Assembly: GCA_012295275.1 (NCBI GenBank)
Contig: CM022678.1
Location: forward strand, 13,888,001-13,952,000
From: Chrysomallon squamiferum
Taxonomy: Eukaryota > Animalia > Mollusca
Direction of reading: 5' to 3'
Length of the DNA: 64,000 bases
Shown here in pieces: positions 30,801 through 49,467 of this stretch (position 1 is the stretch's first letter; the number at the start of each line of letters is the position of its first letter). The position numbers and the translations under genes were made by a program. The notes under the pieces are model-generated. The model did no database searches, was not told where the DNA came from, and saw nothing but the letters and a program-made list of their open reading frames with translations.

Positions 30801-33800
30801 CTTCTACCATACAGGTACTGATGGAACTTGTGTATTCCAAAAATTATTGCCAGTGCTTCTTTCTCAATTTGGGAATACTTGCGTTCTGCTGATGTCAGAG
30901 TTCTAGAAGTGTACGCTATTGGCCTATCTGATCCTTCATTTCCATGTGATATTACCGCTCCAAGACCATGCGCAGATGCATCTACTGCCAACATTACTGG
31001 TTTCATCGGGTCATAGTGGACACAAATTTTAGATGATGCTAACAGTTTTCCCACTTTGGAAAATGCTTGGTGACAATCATTACTCCATTTCCACTCTGTA
31101 TCTTTGGTTAACAACACTGTTAGTGGTGCTACCACTGTTGACATGTTGGGTACGAACTTGCGATAGTAATTCACAATACCTAACCAAGATTGCAACTCAC
31201 TCTTGTTCTTAGGTTCAGGCACTTTCAGAATAGCTTCAACTTTTCTTTCAGAAGGTTGAATCCCATTTTTGTTCACAATAAATGCAAAGTACTCAACTTC
31301 ATCTTTCATCAATGCACATTTGGATCTTTTCAGTTGAATTCCATATTTTTCTAGGTGTTTCAAAGCGTTTTTCAAATGTCTCAAGTGTTCGGTGTCATCC
31401 TTTCCAGTGACTATGTCATCCAAAATGTAACCTACCCCTTTTAGCCCTTGAAGCACTTTGTCGATAGTTTGTTGAAAAAAAGCAGGCGCTGCAGCAACTC
31501 CAAATGGCAACCTTGTATAGCGATAAAGTCCAAGGTGAGTATTGATTGTGACAGAGTTCCTCGACTTTTCATCAAGCAACACTTGCTGGTATACATGTGA
31601 CAAATCCAGTTTGGAGAACTTTTGTCCTCCATTGAGTTTGCTGAAAATGTCTTCTGCAGTGGGCAAAGGGTACTCAGGCACTTCCAATACAGGATTTATG
31701 GTAACCTTGTAATTGCCACAAATGCGAATAGTATTGTCAGGTTTTAAAACAGGTACAATAGGAGAAGCCCATTCAGAAAAATCCACCTTTTCTACAATTC
31801 CTTCTGCTTCAAGTCTGTGAAGTTCATCAGCAATCTTTTCCTTCAGAGCATAACATACTGGTCTAGCCTTGAAAAACTTTGGAGTAGCATCCTCTTTCAC
31901 TTTCAGATGAGCTCTTATGCTTTTTACTGTTCCCAACTCATTTGAAAACATTGAATATCTACTGAACAAATCTTCAGGGTTTCCACAGGCTTTCATAATC
32001 TTAATACTGTTACAGTCCAACTGAATGTTTTGGAACCAATTCCGTCCAAACAAAGTTGGTCCATTTCCTTTCACCACAATTAAACGTTTTTTTCTGCTTT
32101 CCATATTTAACAGTCACCTCAATTTGCCCAAGGACTGGCACCACTTCATCTGTATAAGTTTTCAACACAATCGATGTTGATTTCAATGACACTGTTTTCT
32201 TCATTTTGTTATAGTTGTGCAGAGGAAAAGAAAAGAGAAAGAACTCCAGATGGAGAGTTGCCCCATACTTTATCTGTCCTTTTCACCACTTTTCCGTTAT
32301 TTAATTCTGTTTATTGTGTTTATAGTTTTTGTGTGTGATTTTGTACATGTATGTTTAACTAAGCATTATTTTGGGGTATGTCTGGAACAAATGAATCCCA
32401 TTTATGGTAAAACTCAATCAGTTTTTGAACAATGGATTAAGCACACACACACACACACACATTCACTGATTGATTTATTTATTGTTAATGTGTTGTAGCC
32501 CTATGTCTCTGGCTGTGACTTGGGAATGGTAATCTCTGATCCAGAAAATGATGTTATCACCAGTGTGCGAATCGTGAACCACAAAGACGACCTGAATACC
32601 AATTGGTTCTGGTTTGATGAAGCCACAAAACGACTTCACTTTAGTGTGGACTATGACATTGACCAAAGTATATATCCAAATAATGGTAAATTGATAATTG
32701 AAGCTGTTGATGAAAATGGAGCTTCAGGAACAGCAGAAATCCAAGTGAATATAGTAGGTAATTAAATAATAATAAGTGAAACATTGACTGATAAAGGCAG
32801 TCTCATCAGTCATAATTATTGTTTATTATTGTTGTTTTTGTTGTTTGTGATTATAGCTGTTGATGTTGTACTTTTTTCTTCTTATTTTCTCTACAAAACT
32901 GCTACTTCTTATGTCACATTATTATTATCACTATATCCTGTACTTAAATTACTACAATATTATTATTATTCTTCAGATGTTAATGACAATGCTCCTGCGT
33001 GTAATATGGATGGTGTGACCAATAACGTGTACATGTATGATGTAGTCCAGGGTGACAAGCCAGGCCCACTCGGTACTGTAACAGCTAAGGACAATGATGC
33101 CACGTCACCAAATAATTATGTAACTCTAACAGCAGTTGGACAGTCTTCAAAGTACATCACTGCTTATGACAGTGGAGCTATCATCTATGCCAACTCATTT
33201 GATGATGATCCTCAGACAAATCACATGACTAGCCAGTTTGTTTACATTGAGATGAAGGATAATGGCGTACCACCGCTGTCATCAACATGTATGATATAAT
33301 TTTATTTAGTTATGTTTTTATTATTATAATTATCATTCCATGAAATTAGGCTAATACATGCTTATTATTAAATAATCTGTCAGCTAATGCATAAGTATTA
33401 ATTTAATATCTGATAACAAACATAAGAATATAGATATACAGAAGTATGAAAAATGAAGAAAACAAGCTTATTAAAACTGGATGCTTTTGAGTTAGGCAGC
33501 ACTTTGTTTTACTTTGTGACATCAGTTCAAGTCCTGTCACATCATGTTATTATTTATTTAACTTTTACTCTCATTTTCATTTGTTATAATGTCTAAAAGA
33601 CTAATAGAAACACAACTGGCTAGTAAAAATTGTTTTCAGAAAAGGTTTCTAAATAATTTTAATTGAATTAATAAAGCTCAAACAGTGTATTAAATTTTAT
33701 CTATCCAATACATTCATTGTTTAATTTATATTTTAAGTTCCAGAAGTACAGACAACCTCCATTTCCAACCTTCCTGGATAAATGGTTTGGTACCTATACA

Positions 33801-36800
33801 GAAAACCTGTAAACGGACCACCCACGAGATTGCTGCAGTTAGGGAGATGATCACATTATAGAAATTCTATTGTGATAGAAGGAAAATACAATGTTAAATT
33901 GCAGCAGTAATTTAAGTGTATGAAAAAGTGGTCCATTTACAAAGGTGGTAAAATTAAAGTGGCGGTTGGAGATAGAGTTTTGTCTGTAAACATAGTTTTG
34001 ACCCGAGTATCCTTTGGATGGATATGTCTTGTTCTGGATTAAAATCTTTGGCAACCAATTGTGGTTGGAATGATTCTTGCTAGAATACAGATGTAATAAT
34101 AATATTATGTTTACATTCCTTTATATTGGTCCTAGTACTATAAGGTGTACCATGTAGTTGAAGAAACCTGAGACACCTGTCATACATCACTGACTCAGAC
34201 ATCTTTTTAATTGTTGTAATTAAATAAATAATGTGGTGTACATTGTTGACAGTTACAGTTATTGACATGACTGTAATATATACTAAGATACCAGTCATGT
34301 TAAAACCGTCTTCAAAGAAAATACACATTTATTAATGATTGAATTACATGGAAGAAATTAGCTCAGTTGCTAATTTGTTCTTATTTTCACTGAAAGGATT
34401 CAAACATTTTGTTTTTGGTACTTATTAGTGCCCAAATTTAAAATTTTGCTTTGATGAAACAACTTGCACATGCTTATCTTGTCTGGGAAATAAATATAAA
34501 ATTCTGTGCTCTTTCTGTAATGATGAAGATTAATGATCTGAAGAACTGGCACATACAGCTAAATTGTGTGCACAGCACATAGAATTTAAAATGTAATAAA
34601 ATAAGTGAATTTTAAATATATTACATACAAAACAATACACATGCATTTATCCTGCAGATACTGCAAGAAAATATATAGGTAAGTAGATAGGTAGGTCGGT
34701 ATGTATGTGTTTGGGTGTGCATGCATGCATGCATATATGTAAATAACAAGTAATTTTTCAAAATAAATATAATTTTGTCGCAAAAGCAGTATTCTTACCT
34801 AGACATCACATGTTGCCATTATTGGAATACTATGTAGGTATGTAAATAAGAAGTAATTTATTGAAAATACAACATGCATACATACACACATACATATGTA
34901 TATAGATATATGGATGTATGTAATAAAGATTACTTCTTTAGTGTTAAATTGTTTGTTTAAAAGACAATTTTAAAATCAATTTGCATTCACAAAATAAATA
35001 AATTGTTTCTGTTTAAGAACTATTAAGTTTTTAAAGCAACTGTCGAAACAGTATCTCTTATCAACAGTACCAAAACATAGCACACACTCTTACCATATCC
35101 AGTTGAAATAATGGTTTCTTTAATATCCACACAAATGTCCATATGAGCTGTCCTCCTGCAGAGGATACTCAGGATAATATAAGTGCATCCTAGTGTTTAT
35201 ACATATATGTGTATGTATATGTTGTTGTTGTTACAGTTATCACATGTATATTTACTGAAACCATATAAATTTTTCATCTTGTTGTTATTATTATGAATGA
35301 AATTATGATCTGATGAATATTTTATTATTATTTGAACTGTCTTAAAAAAAATATGATTCTTCCACAGGTACTGTCATTGTTTCATACAGAACTACGACAA
35401 CAACAACTACAACAACAGAAAGAACAATAACAACAACACCAACTACCACAACAGTGACAACAACAAAGGAGCCAGGATTCTTTGAACAAGAGGGCAATGC
35501 CATTATTTTCGGTATTTTAATGACACTGTTGGGATTGCTCCTGTTAGCTGGAATTTACTTCATATGGCGCTACTGTTCAATAGTATCATGTTGCAGTCCT
35601 CAAGGTGGAGTATGTTTTGATTTACCTGGTGGGCGAATACCAAAAAATCAAAGTTGTACGAGTGACAACTGTTGTCCTCCTGAGTAAGTGCTATTTATTT
35701 GTTTCCTTATTATAGATATTCTTTATCTGTTCATTGTTTACTAAATTTATTTACTTTTGTTCATTGTTTTCTTCATACCTCCTTTTCTGGTTTAGATTCT
35801 AACATTTGAAATGTCCAATATGAAGCTACCATTTACTGCAAACAATCAGTTATTTATTGTTTGTTAAGCTAATTAGTTAATTTAGATTTATTTTTATTTT
35901 AGAGAACCACAAAAACCTTTGCCTAGAAGACATTATCCACCGAATGTTTATATTTTCCTTCTTTATAATTATTTTCTTTTTCTCTACATCTTCTATTTCT
36001 TATTATTTATCTTCATCATTATCATTATTTGGAATTATCTGTAGTTAACTTTTATTGCATATATTTGCAATTATTTTTCACAGTATTAGTGATACATTAT
36101 TTAACATTTGTGTTCATAATTATTATTTCATAATACTATGTAAATAACATTTTGATGTTTAGACTATTTTCAAACTCAACTTGTTTTCTATTTCGACTTT
36201 CAAGTTTAAATGGGCCTAAACCTTTGTACTGTTTGTAACATCTGCCATGGACACATAATCCAATAGCTTGTTTGTCACTTGAACAGTTACTTAAAGGATA
36301 AGCTAGAGCAGTGGTTCCCAACCATTTTAGTACCATGCCCCACTTTTTTATCACAAATTTCTTCATGTCCCCCACCCGTTAATTGTTAAGTATGATATAA
36401 CAATATCAGTTAATTGTTTAGTATGATATAACAATATCAGTTTTGAAGAAGTGTAACATAAAAAATTGTATCTTTCAAATAAAACTAAAGGGTTTAACTT
36501 CAAATTTAATCAAATAAAATCCATTTTATAATGTGTATAACATATTTACCATCAGATTAAATAAATTCAATTACAATCAATTAATGAGGCCCTTGAGCCT
36601 GATCTCTACTGCAAAGAGATTTTATCTGAGGCAGAAATTTTGTTAATTTCAATCTCAAGTCACCTCGTTTAGTGATATCCAGTTGGTTTCTTTTCTTCAG
36701 TAATAAGTCATTCACAGCACTAAATGCACATTCCACTAAGTATGACAATGGGAATGGTAACAGTAGTTTTCTTGCCAAACTACTTGTATTTGGATATTTA

Positions 36801-39223
36801 GCTTGTGTTTCTTCACAGAGCCACATCATTGTTCTATTTATTTTGAACAGGGCTTTAATCGAGTCATCATTTTGTAATTCTGAAAGTTCTCCTTGATGCT
36901 CCATGGTTACATCTGACAGATCCACTAGCAATGGCTGAGTCATCCAAGATGGATAATTAATTTCTTTCAAATCAGAAAATCTGAAGTTGAAATCACTTAC
37001 CATTATTTTTAAGTGCTCCACAATAACAAGACAAGTAGCATCTATTACCTCACATTTATTCAGCAAATAAAATTTTTCAAATTTTTTGACAGAAATATTT
37101 TCTTGGGATAATTCCAGAAATGATATAAAGCCAAATATCTTGGCCTTTGAATTAACATATTTGTTCCTTGGAGCTCCTTATTTAAGACACTGAGTTTTTG
37201 AAATATATCTGCTAAATAACTGACAAGTGCTTTACCATCAACTGTCAGTAACAGAGTCATATAAAGTTTGTCATCCAAGAACTCACTAAGAATATCAAAT
37301 AATTCCATGAATCTTTTCAGGCAATTCCCCTTTGATAACCACCTTACATCAGTATGAAGTAATAATCTTACAAAGTCTGCGTTTTGATCCTTGCAAAATT
37401 GTTTGAAAAGACACTCAGATTTGGCATTAGCTTTTATAGTGTTGATGCATTTTATAACTGCATTCAATGTCTCCTTTAGAACAGGGGAAACGTTTTTGGA
37501 AACTAAATTCTGTCTATGAATAACACAATGCACTAACAACATTTGGGGATTGTTGTCTTTCAATAATTTTAAAACTCCATTTTTATTGCCCATCATCACT
37601 GGAGCACCGTCTGCAGCACAAGACATAATAATTCTCCATTGGTATCTGCTTATCATCTAAATATGTTTTTAATTTCTTATATTATATCAATTGCAATAGT
37701 GGTGGTTTCTAATGCTTCGCAAAATAGCATATCCTCAATAAATTCTCCATTATCAACATATCTTACATAGGCCATTAACAGAGCTTCACTCTCTTACAGT
37801 TGATTCGTCCAACTGTATTGAAAAATTTGTTTATTTTAATTTTTCAACAAGTTGTACTTCTACATCACAACTCATTTCATCAATCCTGCTACTAACAGTA
37901 TTATTACTGAGTGGCATGCTTTTGAGATCTTGGTCATCTTTTTCAAGAATTACTTTCAGAAAAGTTGATATTGCAGGCTTAATTAAATTCTGTTGTGCTC
38001 AGCTAGGTTGTAATTACAATTTTACCCTATAAATTTATAATTTTTACCCATACAGGGTAACATAAATTTTTTTTTTGATATTACTGTATTTTTCATATTG
38101 ACCCCCCCCCCCATTATTATTGAACTGCCCACATTGGGAATCACTGAGCTAGAGAGAAGGAGTAGCGTTCTTTTTTTGTTTATTTTTCAGTTTGATGGTG
38201 TTTTAGAATGTAATGACGTTGTTTTTCTCTTTACAGAATTCACAACCAGCCTGCACATGCCAACCCCAGCTACAAAGATTCCTTCTGGTTTGATGGTAAT
38301 TATTAATGATATAGTAACAGTTAATTATTATAACTTACTATGACATCGCTTTTATATTGTTTTTATTATTGATATTGTTAAGTGTAGCTGCCAATATCTG
38401 ATATAAGATATATATATATCAAACTTCATTCAAAAAAATTTCAGAATTGTTTTATTTAGTATATTAATAATCAGTCATACATTTTAAAGCCTAAATTAAC
38501 GGAAATACATTATGTTTTCAGGGGACCATTTTGAAGATGGTAAAATGCATAAAATGGTGTAATATCCATCCCTAAGAAGATTATCAGAGTTAGCCTATTA
38601 AATACTTTTTTAACGTTGAAATATATATATATATATATAAAATCTTTTGTCTGTTTCTGTATCCATGTAAGAATACGCACACAAAACACAAACAACACAC
38701 AGACAAAAAGATGACTGAAATAAAACATACAGTCAGATGCATGCTGGGATGACTATCCTCGATTACTGAACTATTTTCTAAAAGCAACTGTCGGTAATCC
38801 AGCGGTTTTATCGTCTGTTAATTAACTGACTGATTTGACTGATTGAATGACTGGAAGGGAGTATCGAGGATAAAACAATTTTACTTTACATTAATGAACA
38901 TTCATTTGAAAAAATATATTTGTAAATCGGACAGATAGTGCATTAACAATTATGAAATAAATACGTACTGTATTGTATGTTAAAACGTAATTATTTCAGT
39001 TACTACTACTCTTTCTCCTACTGGATTTACCTCAACTATTACAACCACCACTGCCATAACGATATTATTATTATTATTATAATTATTACTTGTGATTTTT
39101 ACATTTTTAACAGATAACGGAGATAACCATCACATTTTAATGCAAAACAGAAAGGTCCGTATTACAGCAACAGTGGTAAATCTCTCGCATCGAGAATATT
39201 TTCTATTTTACAAGTCAGCTTGA
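21657..39223 (+). CDS. Cadherin-related single-pass receptor, paralog 2 (about 730 aa)
   Basis: Exons 21657-21740, 23730-23958, 24297-24473, 24752-24886, 25148-25273, 27703-27900, 28285-28469, 32499-32757, 32977-33288, 35368-35683, 38237-38295, 39114-39223 (TGA); 2190 nt in frame. A possible extra exon from 35903 has no in-phase donor. Motifs LREDAAVG, LDAE, NVNEPPVF, DVNDNAP, KDNGVPP; poly-Thr; TM AIIFGILMTLLGLLLLAGIYFIW. The exon 3 donor and last exon are less certain. Confidence 0.85.
21804..21895. repeat. (CT)n microsatellite in paralog 2 intron 1
   Basis: Read directly. Confidence 0.95.
22774..23039. mobile_element. Tc1/mariner (pogo/Tigger-type) MITE, about 266 bp
   Basis: TA|CAGGTTGAAGATCCC...CCCAAGCATTTCAGTATATAGGATTCTGAACCTG|TA: imperfect TIRs with a TA TSD; the ends resemble Tigger4/MER46-type termini. 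Confidence 0.75.
25410..27458. mobile_element. Unclassified degenerate TIR-bounded element, about 2 kb, in paralog 2 intron 5
   Basis: Left TGTGAC...GAGGAATAAGTGGGAA versus the reverse complement of the right end, TGTGAC...CAGGAATAGGTTGGGAA; the interior has stop-interrupted, coding-like composition. Confidence 0.45.
29124..32215 (-). mobile_element. 5'-truncated Ty3/Gypsy LTR retrotransposon (Mag / K02A2.6-like) in paralog 2 intron 7
   Basis: Protease C-terminus (LKTYT...PVLG), RT (WASPIVPV, RLPFG, YILDDIV), RNase H (VDAS, YSQIEKEALA), integrase zinc finger (HENHPGI...CKCCQ) and integrase C-terminus (KRHVDQLR). PPT GGAGGGGAGGAAG (plus-strand 29316-29328) is followed by a TG...CA 3' LTR at about 29124-29315. 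No gag or 5' LTR. Confidence 0.93.
29614..32204 (-). pseudogene. Disrupted retrotransposon pol (PR-RT-RH-IN) with frameshifts and a deleted integrase core
   Basis: ORFs 32010-32204, 30077-32104 and 29614-29928 are consecutive pol pieces; the D,D(35)E core is largely missing near 30040-30140. Confidence 0.9.
33749..33986. mobile_element. Tc1/mariner-type MITE, about 238 bp
   Basis: TA|CAGACAACCTCCATTTCCAACC ... GGTTGGAGATAGAGTTTTGTCTG|TA: imperfect TIRs with a TA TSD. Confidence 0.7.
36309..38146 (-). mobile_element. hAT DNA transposon (Buster/Charlie type), internally deleted and non-autonomous
   Basis: TIRs CAGTGGTTCCCAA and TTGGGAATCACTG; perfect 8-bp TSD AGCTAGAG (36301-36308 and 38147-38154) fitting nnnTAnnn; transposase relics on the minus strand. 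Confidence 0.95.
36581..37985 (-). pseudogene. Frameshifted hAT transposase C-terminal part (ZBED8/SCAND3/GTF2IRD2-like)
   Basis: Motifs DGAPVMMG, HCVIHRQ, DVRWLSKG and SYLVECAFS split over several frames; the N-terminal BED region is absent. Confidence 0.9.
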
Positions 39224-40264
39224 TATAAAAAACGCTTAAACGAATTTTTTTTAAAAATTAATAAAGGTTAAGAAGCATCAGATTACTTTGAGATAGCTTT
39301 TTATTTATTTATTGTAATGGGAAATAAGCAAACGATTTTCACTTCAAGTAACGGGTGTACCGTTTATACATAAAAAGGCCCCATTTGTTTGTTTCTTCTA
39401 GTCAAGCATCTAACATGTAGAGTATTCTTTCATCTTGTTTTACACGGCTACTGTTTTTCTTTTATATTAAGCTTATTGTTTCTTTTACATTAATAGGCTA
39501 TGTACGTTCACGATTTTGTTTCGAAAAATAGTTCAATCTTCACGTGATATCAGAGTGAAAACCCATTCAACGTCGTATTAATAAAAAAAATAAAAAAAAT
39601 AATAATAATTACTGTGAGTAAACAAAAAGGAAGAAAAGAAGACGTTTTATAAGGAGAAAAACCTCGTATGTGAGACCTGGACTCTAACCGGTGACAGCCT
39701 GTCCCACCTGCTAACAAAAGTACATTAATTTAACTGCCGATTTATTTATCCTCAGATGTACAAAGTCAATATTCCATCTTCAAATACATTTTATTTAGTG
39801 GTCTTTTTCTTAAGCGTATCTACATAATGTTCGTGCGAAGAAGAAAAATACTCTGGATCAGCATGAAAGGTCAGTAAGTAAGTGCGTATTTCAGAAGTAT
39901 TAAATAAACATCATGTTTAATCCACGTGAATACAAGCAAATTTAGCTATTTAAAAGCACGTCTCAATACGTGCAGTAATGATATATAATAAACACGTTTG
40001 AACATTTAATGACTAATGATTATGTATTTAGTTAGATGTTGACGACGTGCCAAGTTAAATAGAAGTTATTATGTTCCTTTTTTATATTTTTTTCTCAATA
40101 AACTGCACTTAATGTATAACTCATCGCGTTACCCGTGCGAAGATAAATTTGAAAATATTTAAATTCTGCTCTGTAATTTAACATAACATATTTAATTTTT
40201 CTTTCAAACTGTCCACTAATGAAAAACACCTTGAGAAAACAGCAATAGAGAAGAAAACGACAGG

Positions 40265-48112
<7,848 letters not shown>

Positions 48113-48784
48113 TAAACCAGAAGCCATTACAACCAAGAAATTTGTCTCAACCTCACCTTGAATCATTATAGTGTTTCAGTATTTTATGTAATATAAAAAA
48201 TGAAAGTAACAATTATTTCTTAAATGTCAGTTATTTCAAATAATGATGATGATAAATCTTTTCTTTTTAACTCTTTCTAATAAAAATATATAATAAAACA
48301 TTCATACTGAAAGTACTTCTATTGCTACATTTTTGTTTCTACATTGTTTTCTCTCACACACATTCTATCAATAATAATAATAATAATAATAATAATCAAC
48401 TAACTTTATCTGTATTTCAAAATACACCAAATACATATTTTTATACAGATAAATAAATATATTTGTAGGATAAATATCAGAATATTTTTATTTGAAAATA
48501 AATGAGTATTTGGACAAAATATGTGTTTGTACATGTAAGTGCACATTTTCAATAATATATAGTTACTTGAAACATATTTAAAGTAAATCTTTTCATTTTC
48601 TTTTTAAAAAAATTTTATTTTTATTTTTGCTTTCTTATTAGTAAATAAATATAACACAGTATATATTAAAGCAGAAAAAAAAAATCCCAATTTTCATAAA
48701 AACACACACCAATTAATATGTTGTGACCATGGATATTTTTATATATTAATTCCTCCTAGTATCTTACTTATTTATTTTATAATG

Positions 48785-48822
<38 letters not shown>

Positions 48823-49467
48823 TTAATTGTAAAAAAATTCACTATTCTTTACAAATGAAAAAATAAATATGTTTCACGTTTCTGATATTTGATTATGAAA
48901 TGATGTAACCACAAAGATAATAATTAAGAGTAATAATTCACAGAATCAGAAAAATAAATAAACAAATAAAATAAATTAAAAGAAAACTAAAATAGAAGAA
49001 AAAAGATCAAATGTACATGTATTTAATATTCAAAATGCAAGAAATATATTCCTGATTTATAATTATATAAAGTCACTGTTAAAATCACTTTCATTTCTAA
49101 ATAATGTAATTTGTTTCAATAATTCTCTGTTTGTCTGTCATGATCATAAACGTTTGATATTTTGTTAGTAAGGCATTATAGTCTTTACTATAGGACTGAG
49201 AATTATATGCTACTTTCCGATTCATAAAAAGTTTAGAGGTGGAGCATAATATTACAGGATTGTCGATGTTTCTAATCAGTGGTGTATATATTCACATATT
49301 TATATTCTCTTCACTCACATAGTTCACTAAAGGTTATAAATTCAGTATAAATTAATCAAACAATTATATATTTATTTTAACTGCCGATTTCTAGTGTACA
49401 GTAACAATCGATATGACAAGGAATACGTCATAATTGTAAAATAATACTGTAAAAATGTTATAACATT

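Noticed and set aside
39756-39875. Alternative first coding exon for paralog 3
   Set aside because: The frames stop early or give the wrong phase or a weak donor; 40265-40333 gives a signal peptide and a strong phase-0 GTGAGT donor.
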